Below, in pieces: positions 14,086 to 23,274 of a stretch of DNA of 32,000 bases. Below the pieces are notes generated by a model that saw nothing but the letters and a program-made list of their open reading frames with translations, did no database searches and was not told the DNA's origin. This stretch comes from Halogeometricum borinquense DSM 11551 (lineage in GTDB: Archaea > Halobacteriota > Halobacteria > Halobacteriales > Haloferacaceae). The DNA is taken from the NCBI RefSeq assembly GCF_000172995.2, contig NC_014736.1, forward strand, positions 150,001 through 182,000, written 5' to 3'. Made by a program: the position numbers and the translations under genes. Numbering within the stretch: the first letter of the stretch is position 1; each line of letters opens with the position of its first letter.

Positions 14086-15858
14086 ATGGGGCGTACGAAG
14101 TCCGGTACGACGCAGTTGGCCGAGGGGGACTACGAGCGACTGCGGCGGGCAACCGAAACGTATCGAGAGGACCTCGTACTCCGACTGGGTGCGGAAGTGG
14201 GTCTCAAGCCGGCCGAAATGAGCCAGTTCAAGCCCACACATGTAGTTCGTCGGACACATCGTGGAACGGACCTGTATCTACTCGCCGTCCCGGCCGATGG
14301 TCGAAACGCGTATCTGCCGAGCGATGTCGAACACGACGTTCGCAAGTACGTCCGGGCCAACAATATCGATGAGACGGAACGAGTGTTCCCGGTCACCCCA
14401 CGGCGTCTGCAGATGCTCGTGTCGTCAGTCGGTGAGCGGGCCGCCGAAAAGACCGGCCGCGAGGAATTAGTTGACGTCTCCTCGCGCGACCTCCGACGGT
14501 ACTTCGCCCGAACACTGCTCTCTGACGGTATCCACCCGTCTATCGTTATGCGTATCGGCGGGTGGGACCGGATAGAAAGTCTTGCTCCGCTCCTCGATGA
14601 TCCGGGAGAAGACGCAATACTTGACGCGCTCTCGCCGGAATCCGATGAGAGTGACGTGGAGCCTAACCAGGTCGAGACAGACCGGTTGCGGCAGGTCGTA
14701 GAGACTGCCCGAACCGTTGGCTCGGCGCTCCCGACCGTCAGTACGCGTAACGAAGTCGAACAGACTGTCTGTGATCGGTTCAGTGATTCAGCTCTCTATC
14801 AGTTCGCGTGGATCGAATCGGATACAACCGACGCGCGGGCATCGCTCGCCGCCGCCGCTGGTCTCGACGAGGCCTCGCTGGAAGCAATCCGTCAGTCGCT
14901 CTCGGGTCGGGATACCGATTCCGCCGACCGTGCATCTCGGACCCGTACCGTACAGACGGCTACGGCCGCTGACCTCCCTACGGGGACCGCACGTGGATCG
15001 CTCGCCGTCGTCCCACTGGTTCATGGCGAAACCGTGTACGGAGTTCTGTATCTCGCACTCGACCGGGGTGACGTGACCGACCCCGAAGCGGACGTGTTGT
15101 TGACGCTTGGACACCACATCGGGCAGGCTATCACCGCCGCAGAGCGCAGAAAATTACTGCTGGCCGATACGGTCGTTCAACTGGAGTTTCAGTGCTCGGA
15201 CCACAACGACCTATTGGTTCGACTCTCCGCGGACCTCAGTTGTACGGTTCGTCTTCGTGGGGTCGTTCCCATTGAAGCACAGTCCTTACTGTGTTTCCTC
15301 ACTGTCCGCGGCGCGGCGACCGAAGCAGTGTTCGACGAGCTAATGGCGGCGGAAGCGGTCGAAAACATCCGTTTGATTCGTGACCGTGGTGAGGAGTCAC
15401 TCCTCGAAGTCGCCCTTTCCGCTGGATCGACAATTATGACGCTCACCTCCTACGACGGCACCGTTTCGCAGTTCGTCGCGGAGGACGGTGTCGCCCGTTT
15501 CGCCGGCGAGTTTTCGAACGAAACGCCACTGCGGGACGTCATGGCCGATCTCACCGACACGTATCCAGACACCGAACTCGTGGCCAAACAAGAGATCGAA
15601 CGCCCCGCCCGTAACACGGCCGACTTTCGGCAGTCCCTGGCGACGCGACTCACTGATAAGCAACAGTCAGTTTTGCGGGCGGCCTACCTTGCCGGTTACT
15701 TCGAATGGCCACGCGGCAGTACCGCCGAGGACCTCGCCGATTCCATCGATATCTCCTCACCAACGCTGCATCAACATCTTCGAACTGCCCAGCAGAAACT
15801 CCTCACGTCTTTCTTCGACGATGAATCCGAGGGGCAAGACTCGACCCTAGGCCTTTAG
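14086..15858 (+). CDS. Bat-type transcription regulator: degenerate tyrosine-recombinase-like N-domain + GAF + BAT + HTH_10
   Basis: The C-terminus LTDKQQSVLRAAYLAGYFEWPRGSTAEDLADSIDISSPTLHQHLRTAQQKL is a classic HTH_10. The middle VPLVHGETVYGVLYLAL is GAF-like. The N-terminus LRLGAEVGLKPAEM ... SSRDLRRYFARTLLSDGIHPSIVMRIGGW resembles integrase box I/II. Confidence 0.8.
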   Translation: MGRTKSGTTQLAEGDYERLRRATETYREDLVLRLGAEVGLKPAEMSQFKPTHVVRRTHRGTDLYLLAVPADGRNAYLPSDVEHDVRKYVRANNIDETERVFPVTPRRLQMLVSSVGERAAEKTGREELVDVSSRDLRRYFARTLLSDGIHPSIVMRIGGWDRIESLAPLLDDPGEDAILDALSPESDESDVEPNQVETDRLRQVVETARTVGSALPTVSTRNEVEQTVCDRFSDSALYQFAWIESDTTDARASLAAAAGLDEASLEAIRQSLSGRDTDSADRASRTRTVQTATAADLPTGTARGSLAVVPLVHGETVYGVLYLALDRGDVTDPEADVLLTLGHHIGQAITAAERRKLLLADTVVQLEFQCSDHNDLLVRLSADLSCTVRLRGVVPIEAQSLLCFLTVRGAATEAVFDELMAAEAVENIRLIRDRGEESLLEVALSAGSTIMTLTSYDGTVSQFVAEDGVARFAGEFSNETPLRDVMADLTDTYPDTELVAKQEIERPARNTADFRQSLATRLTDKQQSVLRAAYLAGYFEWPRGSTAEDLADSIDISSPTLHQHLRTAQQKLLTSFFDDESEGQDSTLGL

Positions 15859-16054
15859 GGATGGGAACAACTGACGCACAATCATTCATTACTATCTAAT
15901 ATTTACTACTGCATACTAGAAATAGCTATTCTCGGGTATCAGTGCCTATGAGTAGATATTTTGCGCCAATCATTAATACGTATCTACTTTCTGACTATTT
16001 TTGATAGTTAGATGGACTACTTATGTCCTTTGTCGTGGCTCGTTAGCATGAACT

Positions 16055-18049
16055 ATGGTAGATGGTGACATTGAAATGGAGACACGGCTGGAAGACGAAG
16101 TAGCGTTCGAACCACCTGAGGATTTCGTCGCGCAGGCGAACGTCTCGGATTCGTCGATATACGACGAGTTCGCGGCGAACTGGCCCGAATGCTGGGAACG
16201 GGCCGCCGACCTGCTCGATTGGGACGACGAGTACGAACAGGTCCTCGACGATTCGAATCCGCCCTTCTACAAGTGGTTCACCGAGGGCAAACTGAACGCC
16301 TCTTACAACTGTCTGGACCGCCACGTCGAAAACGGCGACAAGAACCGCGCCGCCATCAAGTGGGAGGGTGAACTCGGCGAGACGCGCACGTACACGTACC
16401 AAGACCTCTACCGCGAGGTCAACGAGTTTTCGGCTGCACTTCGCGCACAGGGTGTCGAGGAAGACGATGTCGTCACCCTCTACATGCCGATGATTCCCGA
16501 GTTGCCCATCGCTATGCTCGCGTGCGCTCGAATCGGTGCGCCACACTCGGTGGTGTTCGCCGGGTTCTCCGCCGAAGCACTTGCGACACGAATGAACTCC
16601 GCCGACTCGGAGTATCTCGTCACCTGTGACGGCTACTACCGTCGCGGTGACTCCCTCGACCATCTCGACAAGGCGAACGAGGGCCTCGACGGTGTCGATC
16701 ACGATGTCGAATCCGTCGTCGTGGTCGATAGACTCGGCGGCGATGGCTTCGACCGTGACCTGCGGGACAACCAGCACGACTGGGACGACTTACTGGCCGA
16801 ACACGACGGTCATCGCGTCGAACCCGTCGAACGAGACGCCGAAGACATGATCTTTTTGATGTACACGTCGGGAACGACCGGCCAGCCCAAGGGGGTCAAA
16901 CACACCACCGGCGGGTACCTTTCGTACGCGGCGTGGACATCGCATGCAGTCCTCGATATCGAACCCGAAGACACCTACTGGTGCTCTGCGGACATCGGTT
17001 GGATCACGGGCCACTCGTACATCGTCTACGGCCCGCTTGCACTCGGCACGACGACGGTGATGTACGAGGGGACTCCCGACTACCCCGAGTGCGACCGCCT
17101 GTGGGAAATCGTCGAGAAGTATTCGGTCGATATCTTCTATACGGCACCGACGGCGATTCGTGCGTTCATGAAGTGGGGTGAGAAATTCCCCGAGTCGCGT
17201 GATCTGTCGTCGCTCCGCCTCCTCGGAACCGTTGGCGAACCGATCAACCCGCGTGCGTGGAAGTGGTACCACGAGCATATCGGCAACGGGGAGTGCCCAA
17301 TTGTCGATACGTGGTGGCAGACCGAAACCGGCGGTATGATGATTACGACATTGCCGGGAATCTCTACGATGAAACCCGGTGCGGCCGGTCCGCCGCTTCC
17401 TGGTATCGACGCCCAAATTGTTGACACGACCGGAGACGAGGTCGAAGCCGGGCGGGCAGGCTACCTCACGGTGAACAAGCCGTGGCCCGGTATGCTCCGG
17501 ACGCTGTATAACAACGACGAACGCTACATCTCCGAGTACTGGGAGGAATACTCCGACACTGACAGCGACGACCCTGACGACTGGGTGTACTTCCCCGAGG
17601 ACGGTGCAAAAATCGATGCGGACGGCTACATCACCATCCTCGGCCGAGTGGACGACGTAATCAATGTCTCCGGACACCGCCTCGGAACGATGGAAATCGA
17701 GTCAGCCATCGTCGGCGTCGAGGGCGTCGCAGAAGCCGCAGTCGTCGGCGGCACCCACGATATCAAAGGTGAGGCTGTCTACGCCTACGTCATTACTGAA
17801 GACGGCTACGAGGGCGACAGCGACTTTCACGAACGCATCATCGAAGGCGTCAACGACGCAATCGGCCCCATCGCACGGCCCGAAGAGGTCGTCTTTACGC
17901 CCGAACTACCGAAGACACGCTCGGGGAAAATCATGCGCCGCCTGCTCGAAGACGTAGCGAACGGGGACGAACTCGGCAATACATCGACGCTCCGAAACCC
18001 CGAAATCGTCGAGGAGATCGAATCGAAGGTCAACGCGCAGAGCGACTGA
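16055..18049 (+). CDS. acs: acetyl-CoA synthetase (AMP-forming), canonical copy
   Basis: Motifs YTSGTTGQPKGV, WWQTETGG, GEPINP, DDVINVSGHRLGTMEIESA, PKTRSGKIMRR. 664 aa. Confidence 0.92.
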   Translation: MVDGDIEMETRLEDEVAFEPPEDFVAQANVSDSSIYDEFAANWPECWERAADLLDWDDEYEQVLDDSNPPFYKWFTEGKLNASYNCLDRHVENGDKNRAAIKWEGELGETRTYTYQDLYREVNEFSAALRAQGVEEDDVVTLYMPMIPELPIAMLACARIGAPHSVVFAGFSAEALATRMNSADSEYLVTCDGYYRRGDSLDHLDKANEGLDGVDHDVESVVVVDRLGGDGFDRDLRDNQHDWDDLLAEHDGHRVEPVERDAEDMIFLMYTSGTTGQPKGVKHTTGGYLSYAAWTSHAVLDIEPEDTYWCSADIGWITGHSYIVYGPLALGTTTVMYEGTPDYPECDRLWEIVEKYSVDIFYTAPTAIRAFMKWGEKFPESRDLSSLRLLGTVGEPINPRAWKWYHEHIGNGECPIVDTWWQTETGGMMITTLPGISTMKPGAAGPPLPGIDAQIVDTTGDEVEAGRAGYLTVNKPWPGMLRTLYNNDERYISEYWEEYSDTDSDDPDDWVYFPEDGAKIDADGYITILGRVDDVINVSGHRLGTMEIESAIVGVEGVAEAAVVGGTHDIKGEAVYAYVITEDGYEGDSDFHERIIEGVNDAIGPIARPEEVVFTPELPKTRSGKIMRRLLEDVANGDELGNTSTLRNPEIVEEIESKVNAQSD

Positions 18050-18097
18050 TAGAACTCAACACCACATTATCGAGAAACAAGACAAGACGGACAAACT

Positions 18098-18541
18098 ATG
18101 TCAAACGAAACGACTGAGTCAGAGATTGACTCACACGAGACGCAAGCCGGTCGTGACACGGCCGCCCGGCACGAACAGATCGATTACCTAAACAGAGAGG
18201 TGAACCTGCTGAAACCGAGCACCCCGTTCATGCGGGACCACTTGAAGGTGGTCTGGGTCAGCTTTATCACGTGGGCACTCCTCACGTTCGGGCCGCCGGT
18301 CCTGACCTACTTCGCGCCGGAGTTAATGACCACGCAGCTACCGGTTATCGGCTTCCCGGCACACTACTTCTTGGTCGCAGTCTTAACGCCGACCAGTTCG
18401 CTCGTGCTCGCGTTCATCTACTCCCGCAAGCGTGACCAACTCGACGAGAAGTACGGCATCGACCACACAACCACGACGGAAGACACGTCGAGTGAGAAAG
18501 GCGGTGAAACCGCCGTCACCGACGGGGGGAGTATCGAATGA
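18098..18541 (+). CDS. DUF4212-type small membrane subunit associated with a Na+/solute symporter
   Basis: Two hydrophobic helices with acidic tails. Its stop overlaps the symporter ATG (ATGA at 18538-18541), the usual small-plus-large subunit arrangement. Confidence 0.7.
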   Translation: MSNETTESEIDSHETQAGRDTAARHEQIDYLNREVNLLKPSTPFMRDHLKVVWVSFITWALLTFGPPVLTYFAPELMTTQLPVIGFPAHYFLVAVLTPTSSLVLAFIYSRKRDQLDEKYGIDHTTTTEDTSSEKGGETAVTDGGSIE

Positions 18542-20184
18542 CGACGAGTATTCTTCTCCAGTCGAGTGATCTGCTCCCCGAGGCGCTCAACATCTCGTTC
18601 AAACTCATCCCGGCCATCATGGTCGTGGGAATGTTGACCCTCTTCCTCGTTATCGGCTACGTGTTCAAGGTCGCCGACACCGAGGGGATGTGGGTTGCCG
18701 GTCGTTCCATCGGGAATATCGAAAACGGCATGGCAATCGGTGCCAACTGGATGTCGGCCGCCTCGTATCTTGGACTGGCAGGCTTAGTTGCCCTCGCGGG
18801 CTTCTACGGCCTCGCCTTCATCATCGGGTGGACGACCGGCTACTTCGTCCTCCTCATCTTCCTAGCCGCGCAGATGCGCCGGTTCGGGAAGTACACCGCA
18901 CCCGACTTCGTCGGTGACCGTTTCAACTCGGACACTGCACGCGCTATCGGCGCGCTCACAACGATTCTCATCGGGTTCGTCTACTCGGTCGGGCAAGCAC
19001 GCGGCATGGGCCTCGTCGGCCTGTACGTTTTCGGGACCGACTATATCACGATGGTCGTCGTGATGATGGCCATTACGGTCGGATATCTGACCATCTCCGG
19101 AATGATGGGCGCAACCAAGAACATGGCCGTCCAGTACGTCATCCTCATCGTCGCATTCCTGACGGCCGTCTACGTCGTCGGCTTCACCGGCGGCTACTCG
19201 ACGGTGTTGCCACAGATCGAGTACGGACAGCTGATCGGTCAGCTCTCGGCGGAGTTCTCAGAACCGTTCGCCAACGCGGGATTCTACCTCTGGATCGCCA
19301 CGGCGTTCTCGCTTATCTTCGGGACCTGTGGCCTCCCGCACGTGTTGGTGCGGTTCTATACGGTCGAAAACGAAAAGACCGCCCGTCAGTCCACCGTCTG
19401 GGGGCTGTTTTTCATCCTGCTTCTGTACTGGAGCGCCCCCGCGCTGGCGGCGTTCGGTGTCGATCTCTACAACGCCTCGCAGTACGGTCCGACGTTCGCT
19501 GCGAACGGCGGCATGAGTGGCGGTGAAGGTGACCTCATCGTGGTGCTGGCGGCTCAACTCTCGAATCTGCCGACGTGGTTCGTCGGCCTCGTGGCCGCAG
19601 GCGGTATCGCCGCCGCGATTGCGACGACGGCCGGACTGTTCATCACGGCCTCGTCTGCCGTCTCGCACGACATCTACACGAACATCGTCAATCCTGACGC
19701 GACCCAGCGCCAGCAAGTGCTGGTCGGCCGGGCCACGATTGTCGCACTGGGTCTCATCGTGACGATTACCGCGTTCGACCCGCCGGCGCTCGTCGGCGAA
19801 CTAGTCGCACTGGCGTTCTCGCTCGCGGCCATCGTGCTGTTCCCGATGTTCTTCCTCGGACTCTGGTGGGAGAACACGAACCGGCAGGGAGCGCTCGCCG
19901 GGATGACCGTCGGCCTCACGCTCTGGGTTGCCGCGGTCGTCAACGACCTCATCTTCCACTTCAGCGACGCCTTCGCTGAATTCGTGCCGGCTATCGGCGC
20001 CGCTCTCGTCGGGACGCCACTGGTGTTCATCGTCACGATTGCCGTTTCACTGGCGACGGATGAACCGCCACAGCGGATCAAGAAGATGGTTCGACAGTGC
20101 CACAGTCCCGAACCGATGGGACAGCAACAGTCTGCAGAAGACGTTGTGAGTACCGACGGGGGCCAGACCCCCGCGGACGACTAA
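18538..20184 (+). CDS. sodium:solute symporter family (SSF) permease, probable acetate/monocarboxylate importer
   Basis: 548 aa with many TM segments. SSF-like blocks GRSIGNIENGMAIGANWMSAASYLG and GLPHVLVRFYT. Genomic context with acs. Confidence 0.88.
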   Translation: MTTSILLQSSDLLPEALNISFKLIPAIMVVGMLTLFLVIGYVFKVADTEGMWVAGRSIGNIENGMAIGANWMSAASYLGLAGLVALAGFYGLAFIIGWTTGYFVLLIFLAAQMRRFGKYTAPDFVGDRFNSDTARAIGALTTILIGFVYSVGQARGMGLVGLYVFGTDYITMVVVMMAITVGYLTISGMMGATKNMAVQYVILIVAFLTAVYVVGFTGGYSTVLPQIEYGQLIGQLSAEFSEPFANAGFYLWIATAFSLIFGTCGLPHVLVRFYTVENEKTARQSTVWGLFFILLLYWSAPALAAFGVDLYNASQYGPTFAANGGMSGGEGDLIVVLAAQLSNLPTWFVGLVAAGGIAAAIATTAGLFITASSAVSHDIYTNIVNPDATQRQQVLVGRATIVALGLIVTITAFDPPALVGELVALAFSLAAIVLFPMFFLGLWWENTNRQGALAGMTVGLTLWVAAVVNDLIFHFSDAFAEFVPAIGAALVGTPLVFIVTIAVSLATDEPPQRIKKMVRQCHSPEPMGQQQSAEDVVSTDGGQTPADD

Positions 20185-20187
20185 CCA

Positions 20188-20652
20188 ATGTACGAACACA
20201 TCCTCGTTCCGACTGACGGGAGCGAAACGGCGGAGTACGCAGTTGATCAGGCGATTGACATCGCCTCGAAGTACGGCTCGACAGTCCATGCACTGTACGT
20301 CATCGATGTCGATGCGACCAGTTACTCGCTGGGCACAGAACAGGTTGACCGCATCCGACAGGGACACCTCGACGAGATGCCCGAAGTGAGAGCGGAGGCC
20401 GACGAAGCGACTGGATACGTCGCGGACATCGCGTCCGAACACGGACTCACCGTCGAAGAACACGTCACGGCTGGCGAACCGGCACGGGCCATCAGAAAGT
20501 TCGTGGAAGACAACGACATCGACCTCATTGTGATGGGGTCGCACGGTCGTTCCGGACTCTCTCGGGTCATCCTCGGGAGTGTAACCGAGAAGGTTCTCCG
20601 GCGAACTCGGCTTCCCGTGCTCGTCGTCGATGCCCACGAGAAAGACGCGTAA
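20188..20652 (+). CDS. universal stress protein (UspA family)
   Basis: ILVPTDGSE...HALYV...LIVMGSHGRSGLSRVILGSVTEKVLRRTRLPVLVV. Confidence 0.88.
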   Translation: MYEHILVPTDGSETAEYAVDQAIDIASKYGSTVHALYVIDVDATSYSLGTEQVDRIRQGHLDEMPEVRAEADEATGYVADIASEHGLTVEEHVTAGEPARAIRKFVEDNDIDLIVMGSHGRSGLSRVILGSVTEKVLRRTRLPVLVVDAHEKDA

Positions 20653-20777
20653 TTCATCAAGATGCAAGGCGGATACCCCGAGGCAGTTGACGCATGCCAC
20701 GTCCCACACGAGAACGTGCGTCAACCTCACACGAGAATGAATCAATCTCACACACCGCCGAACGGGAGTGACTGGCC

Positions 20778-20993
20778 ATGAGCCTCGCCGAGACGATTCG
20801 CAACCACGTACGCGAACATCGTTCGGGGATGCTGACTGACCTGTTGTTCGCGCTCGTGTGGGTGACGGGCGTGTCGGTCCTGTTCGACGTACTGAACGGG
20901 CCGCAGTGGGCCTACTACCTCTGTCTGGGTGCGGGCGTCGTCGCGTACTACGGCTTTTTCGCCTCGTTGGAGGCCGCACGCGAGCGCGAGTGA
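20778..20993 (+). CDS. small membrane protein (71 aa, two TM)
   Basis: ATG start. Hydrophobic segments LLFALVWVTGVSVLF and YYLCLGAGVVAYYGFFA. Confidence 0.45.
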   Translation: MSLAETIRNHVREHRSGMLTDLLFALVWVTGVSVLFDVLNGPQWAYYLCLGAGVVAYYGFFASLEAARERE

Positions 20994-21413
20994 TGCGTTA
21001 GAAATAACCCAAATTCAATAACGCCGAAGAAGGCTATGACACCGGCATAACATCTCAAAACAATACAAACACTGCGTTAAAACGTCCAAATATGTAGAGT
21101 CCCACCGTGACTAATGCGATTATGTACAATCCAGATACAATCGCTCATGAGGGGGAGATATTAGGTCACTGACTATATCGGTTGTTATGAATATGGGGCT
21201 TCTATTCATCCTGATTCCGGAACTGTTCGTTTAGTACCGGATGGCTCTATTGCAATCCTCAATTGGTGATCGGTTGTCGAGACCGTGCTGAATACAGAGC
21301 GCATAGTCCGCATTCGGTTGTTGTATTTCTACAGACGTACCGTTGTATCTGGAGTAGTCTGTAGGTTGTGAGGGACCTGTTTTTCGGTTCCTACGGCAAC
21401 TCCATCTCGTGTG

Positions 21414-22247
21414 ATGTCGTATTCGTGGGTAATGCCCAGCATTCAAACGGACGATATTGAGACCTACTACAAGGTGTGTGGAACTGGCCCACCGATCATC
21501 TTCATACCCGGCGCATTGTCCGATCATTCAGCAGCAACACAACAGTTGCAAGCGTTCAGCGACACCCACACCGCCATTGCATACGATCTCCGAGGCCACG
21601 GCAACACCCCGAACCCTCACCACACACCGTACTCAATCGACCAGCTGGCAGAAGACCTTCACGCATTCATCACCGAAATGGGCCTTGACCGTCCGATTCT
21701 CTGTGGAGTCTCGATGGGTGGGATGATCGCCCAAGTCTACGCGAGTCGCTATCCGGATCAGCTCAGCGCCCTTGTCCTCGCGGACACGTTCTCCCCGACA
21801 TTTCTGAGCCGGCGCGACCGCATCGAGCGATTGACACTGATGAATGCCATGGCGGGGCTCATTCGCCTCGTGGGGTACAATCGTGCGAAGGGTTTCATAC
21901 TGTGGTTCGGACGCAAACTGGAGCGGAATCAGACTCCGGCTCTCCGGGCGGATGCCTTCCCGGATATGGATACCGTAGACGCCGTGAATGCTGTCAAGGC
22001 AGTTGCTGGCTTCCATACCACCGACGTCAATCTCTCCTCAATCACCGTCCCGACACTCATTCTTTATGGAGAACACGAAACCTCGATTATCAGACGCCAC
22101 GTGCCGACACTGTCCGCGCAAATCCCTGACTCAATCGTTCAAGAAGTCCTTGACGCAGGTCATGCTTCTCCTTGGGACAACCCGGAGTTCTTCAACAGTA
22201 CAGTTCGGACGTTCCTCACGGACCAGACTCCAATTGAGACAGAGTAG
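21414..22247 (+). CDS. alpha/beta-fold hydrolase
   Basis: Nucleophile elbow GVSMGG, HG-type turn FIPGALSDH, C-terminal GHASPWDNPE. The track start at 21411 is GTG; an ATG lies at 21414. Confidence 0.8.
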   Translation: MSYSWVMPSIQTDDIETYYKVCGTGPPIIFIPGALSDHSAATQQLQAFSDTHTAIAYDLRGHGNTPNPHHTPYSIDQLAEDLHAFITEMGLDRPILCGVSMGGMIAQVYASRYPDQLSALVLADTFSPTFLSRRDRIERLTLMNAMAGLIRLVGYNRAKGFILWFGRKLERNQTPALRADAFPDMDTVDAVNAVKAVAGFHTTDVNLSSITVPTLILYGEHETSIIRRHVPTLSAQIPDSIVQEVLDAGHASPWDNPEFFNSTVRTFLTDQTPIETE

Positions 22248-22538
22248 AGCCGCGCTTGTCTTGTTGCATGCACGCTCTGTCTGTTGCACGCCGATCCTGT
22301 CAATCACTGAGGATTCAAATAGAGACTACAGGACATTTCGCAACCGGGACTAGTTTCAAAAAGAAGGTCTGTATCGTAAACGCTCGGCTCGTCGCTCTAC
22401 CGGACGGCTATTTCACTCGTCTTCGATATGTATCCCTTTTTCACTGTGCTCACACCGATTCAGCAGATTAACGTCCGTTGCCAGTTCTCTGGGATACATT
22501 TATTGTACTGTAAAACTATTGATACTAGTGATCCGCCA

Positions 22539-23012
22539 ATGACAGAAGATAGTCGAGAGACTGACGTCAGTGCATTGTTACTACGACTCGGACTTGGTGT
22601 TGTCTTCGCGGTGCACGGATTCGGAAAGTTGGACATCGGGCCCTTGGCGAACGGGGCCGGCGTCTCGGGCGTCACCGGCTTTTTTACACAACTCGGCATC
22701 CCGCTTCCCGGAATCATGGCGTGGATTGTCACGCTCGTTGAGGTAGTCGGTGGCTTGCTGCTCCTGCTCGGAGTGTTTACCAGGGTCGCGTCCCTCCTCC
22801 TTACAGTTGATATGGCCGTTGCGACTGTGTTGGTCCATCTTCCCAATGGATTTGGAGTCGGCGACGGTGGCATCGAGTTTACGCTCGTGCTGTTCTTTGG
22901 CGTGCTCGCACTCGTCTTCCTCGGCCCGGGACGATACTCGTTGGAAGTGGTCGTCCTCGGCCGGGAGCTGGTTCCGAGCTTGGGTGAAGAAACGTTAGGT
23001 CGCAGCGTCTAA
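22539..23012 (+). CDS. DoxX-family membrane protein
   Basis: ATG at 22539 (MTEDSRETDVSALLLRLGLGVVFAVHGFGKL...). Four hydrophobic segments. The upstream part of the track ORF is AT-rich and non-coding-like. Confidence 0.75.
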   Translation: MTEDSRETDVSALLLRLGLGVVFAVHGFGKLDIGPLANGAGVSGVTGFFTQLGIPLPGIMAWIVTLVEVVGGLLLLLGVFTRVASLLLTVDMAVATVLVHLPNGFGVGDGGIEFTLVLFFGVLALVFLGPGRYSLEVVVLGRELVPSLGEETLGRSV

Positions 23013-23274
23013 GGACCTCTCACCAACACTTCTTGTCAGCTTCACCGATAGCGGTCCGCACCTACTGCATTTCTTCGTATCGACCTATCGTCACAGTACC
23101 CCGCCGAGCAGGATGAGCAGTCCCTAAGCTGCGATGCCGGTCGCGGCCGCATCGGTCAACTTTGTTTTCGTCTCAACGGTCGATGAGTCGATACGATTCA
23201 CGATGGCACGGTCTAAAATGAAATAAAATTGAAGTATTTTCGCTGACAACACTCCCTTGTCGTTGCGATTCGAT

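Noticed and set aside
20047-20979. A 310-aa minus-strand ORF spanning the end of the symporter gene, the usp gene and the small membrane-protein gene.
   Set aside because: The product is Arg/Pro/Ser-rich and basic, and it lies antisense to three well-supported plus-strand genes with clear family motifs. This is a typical shadow ORF of GC-rich DNA.
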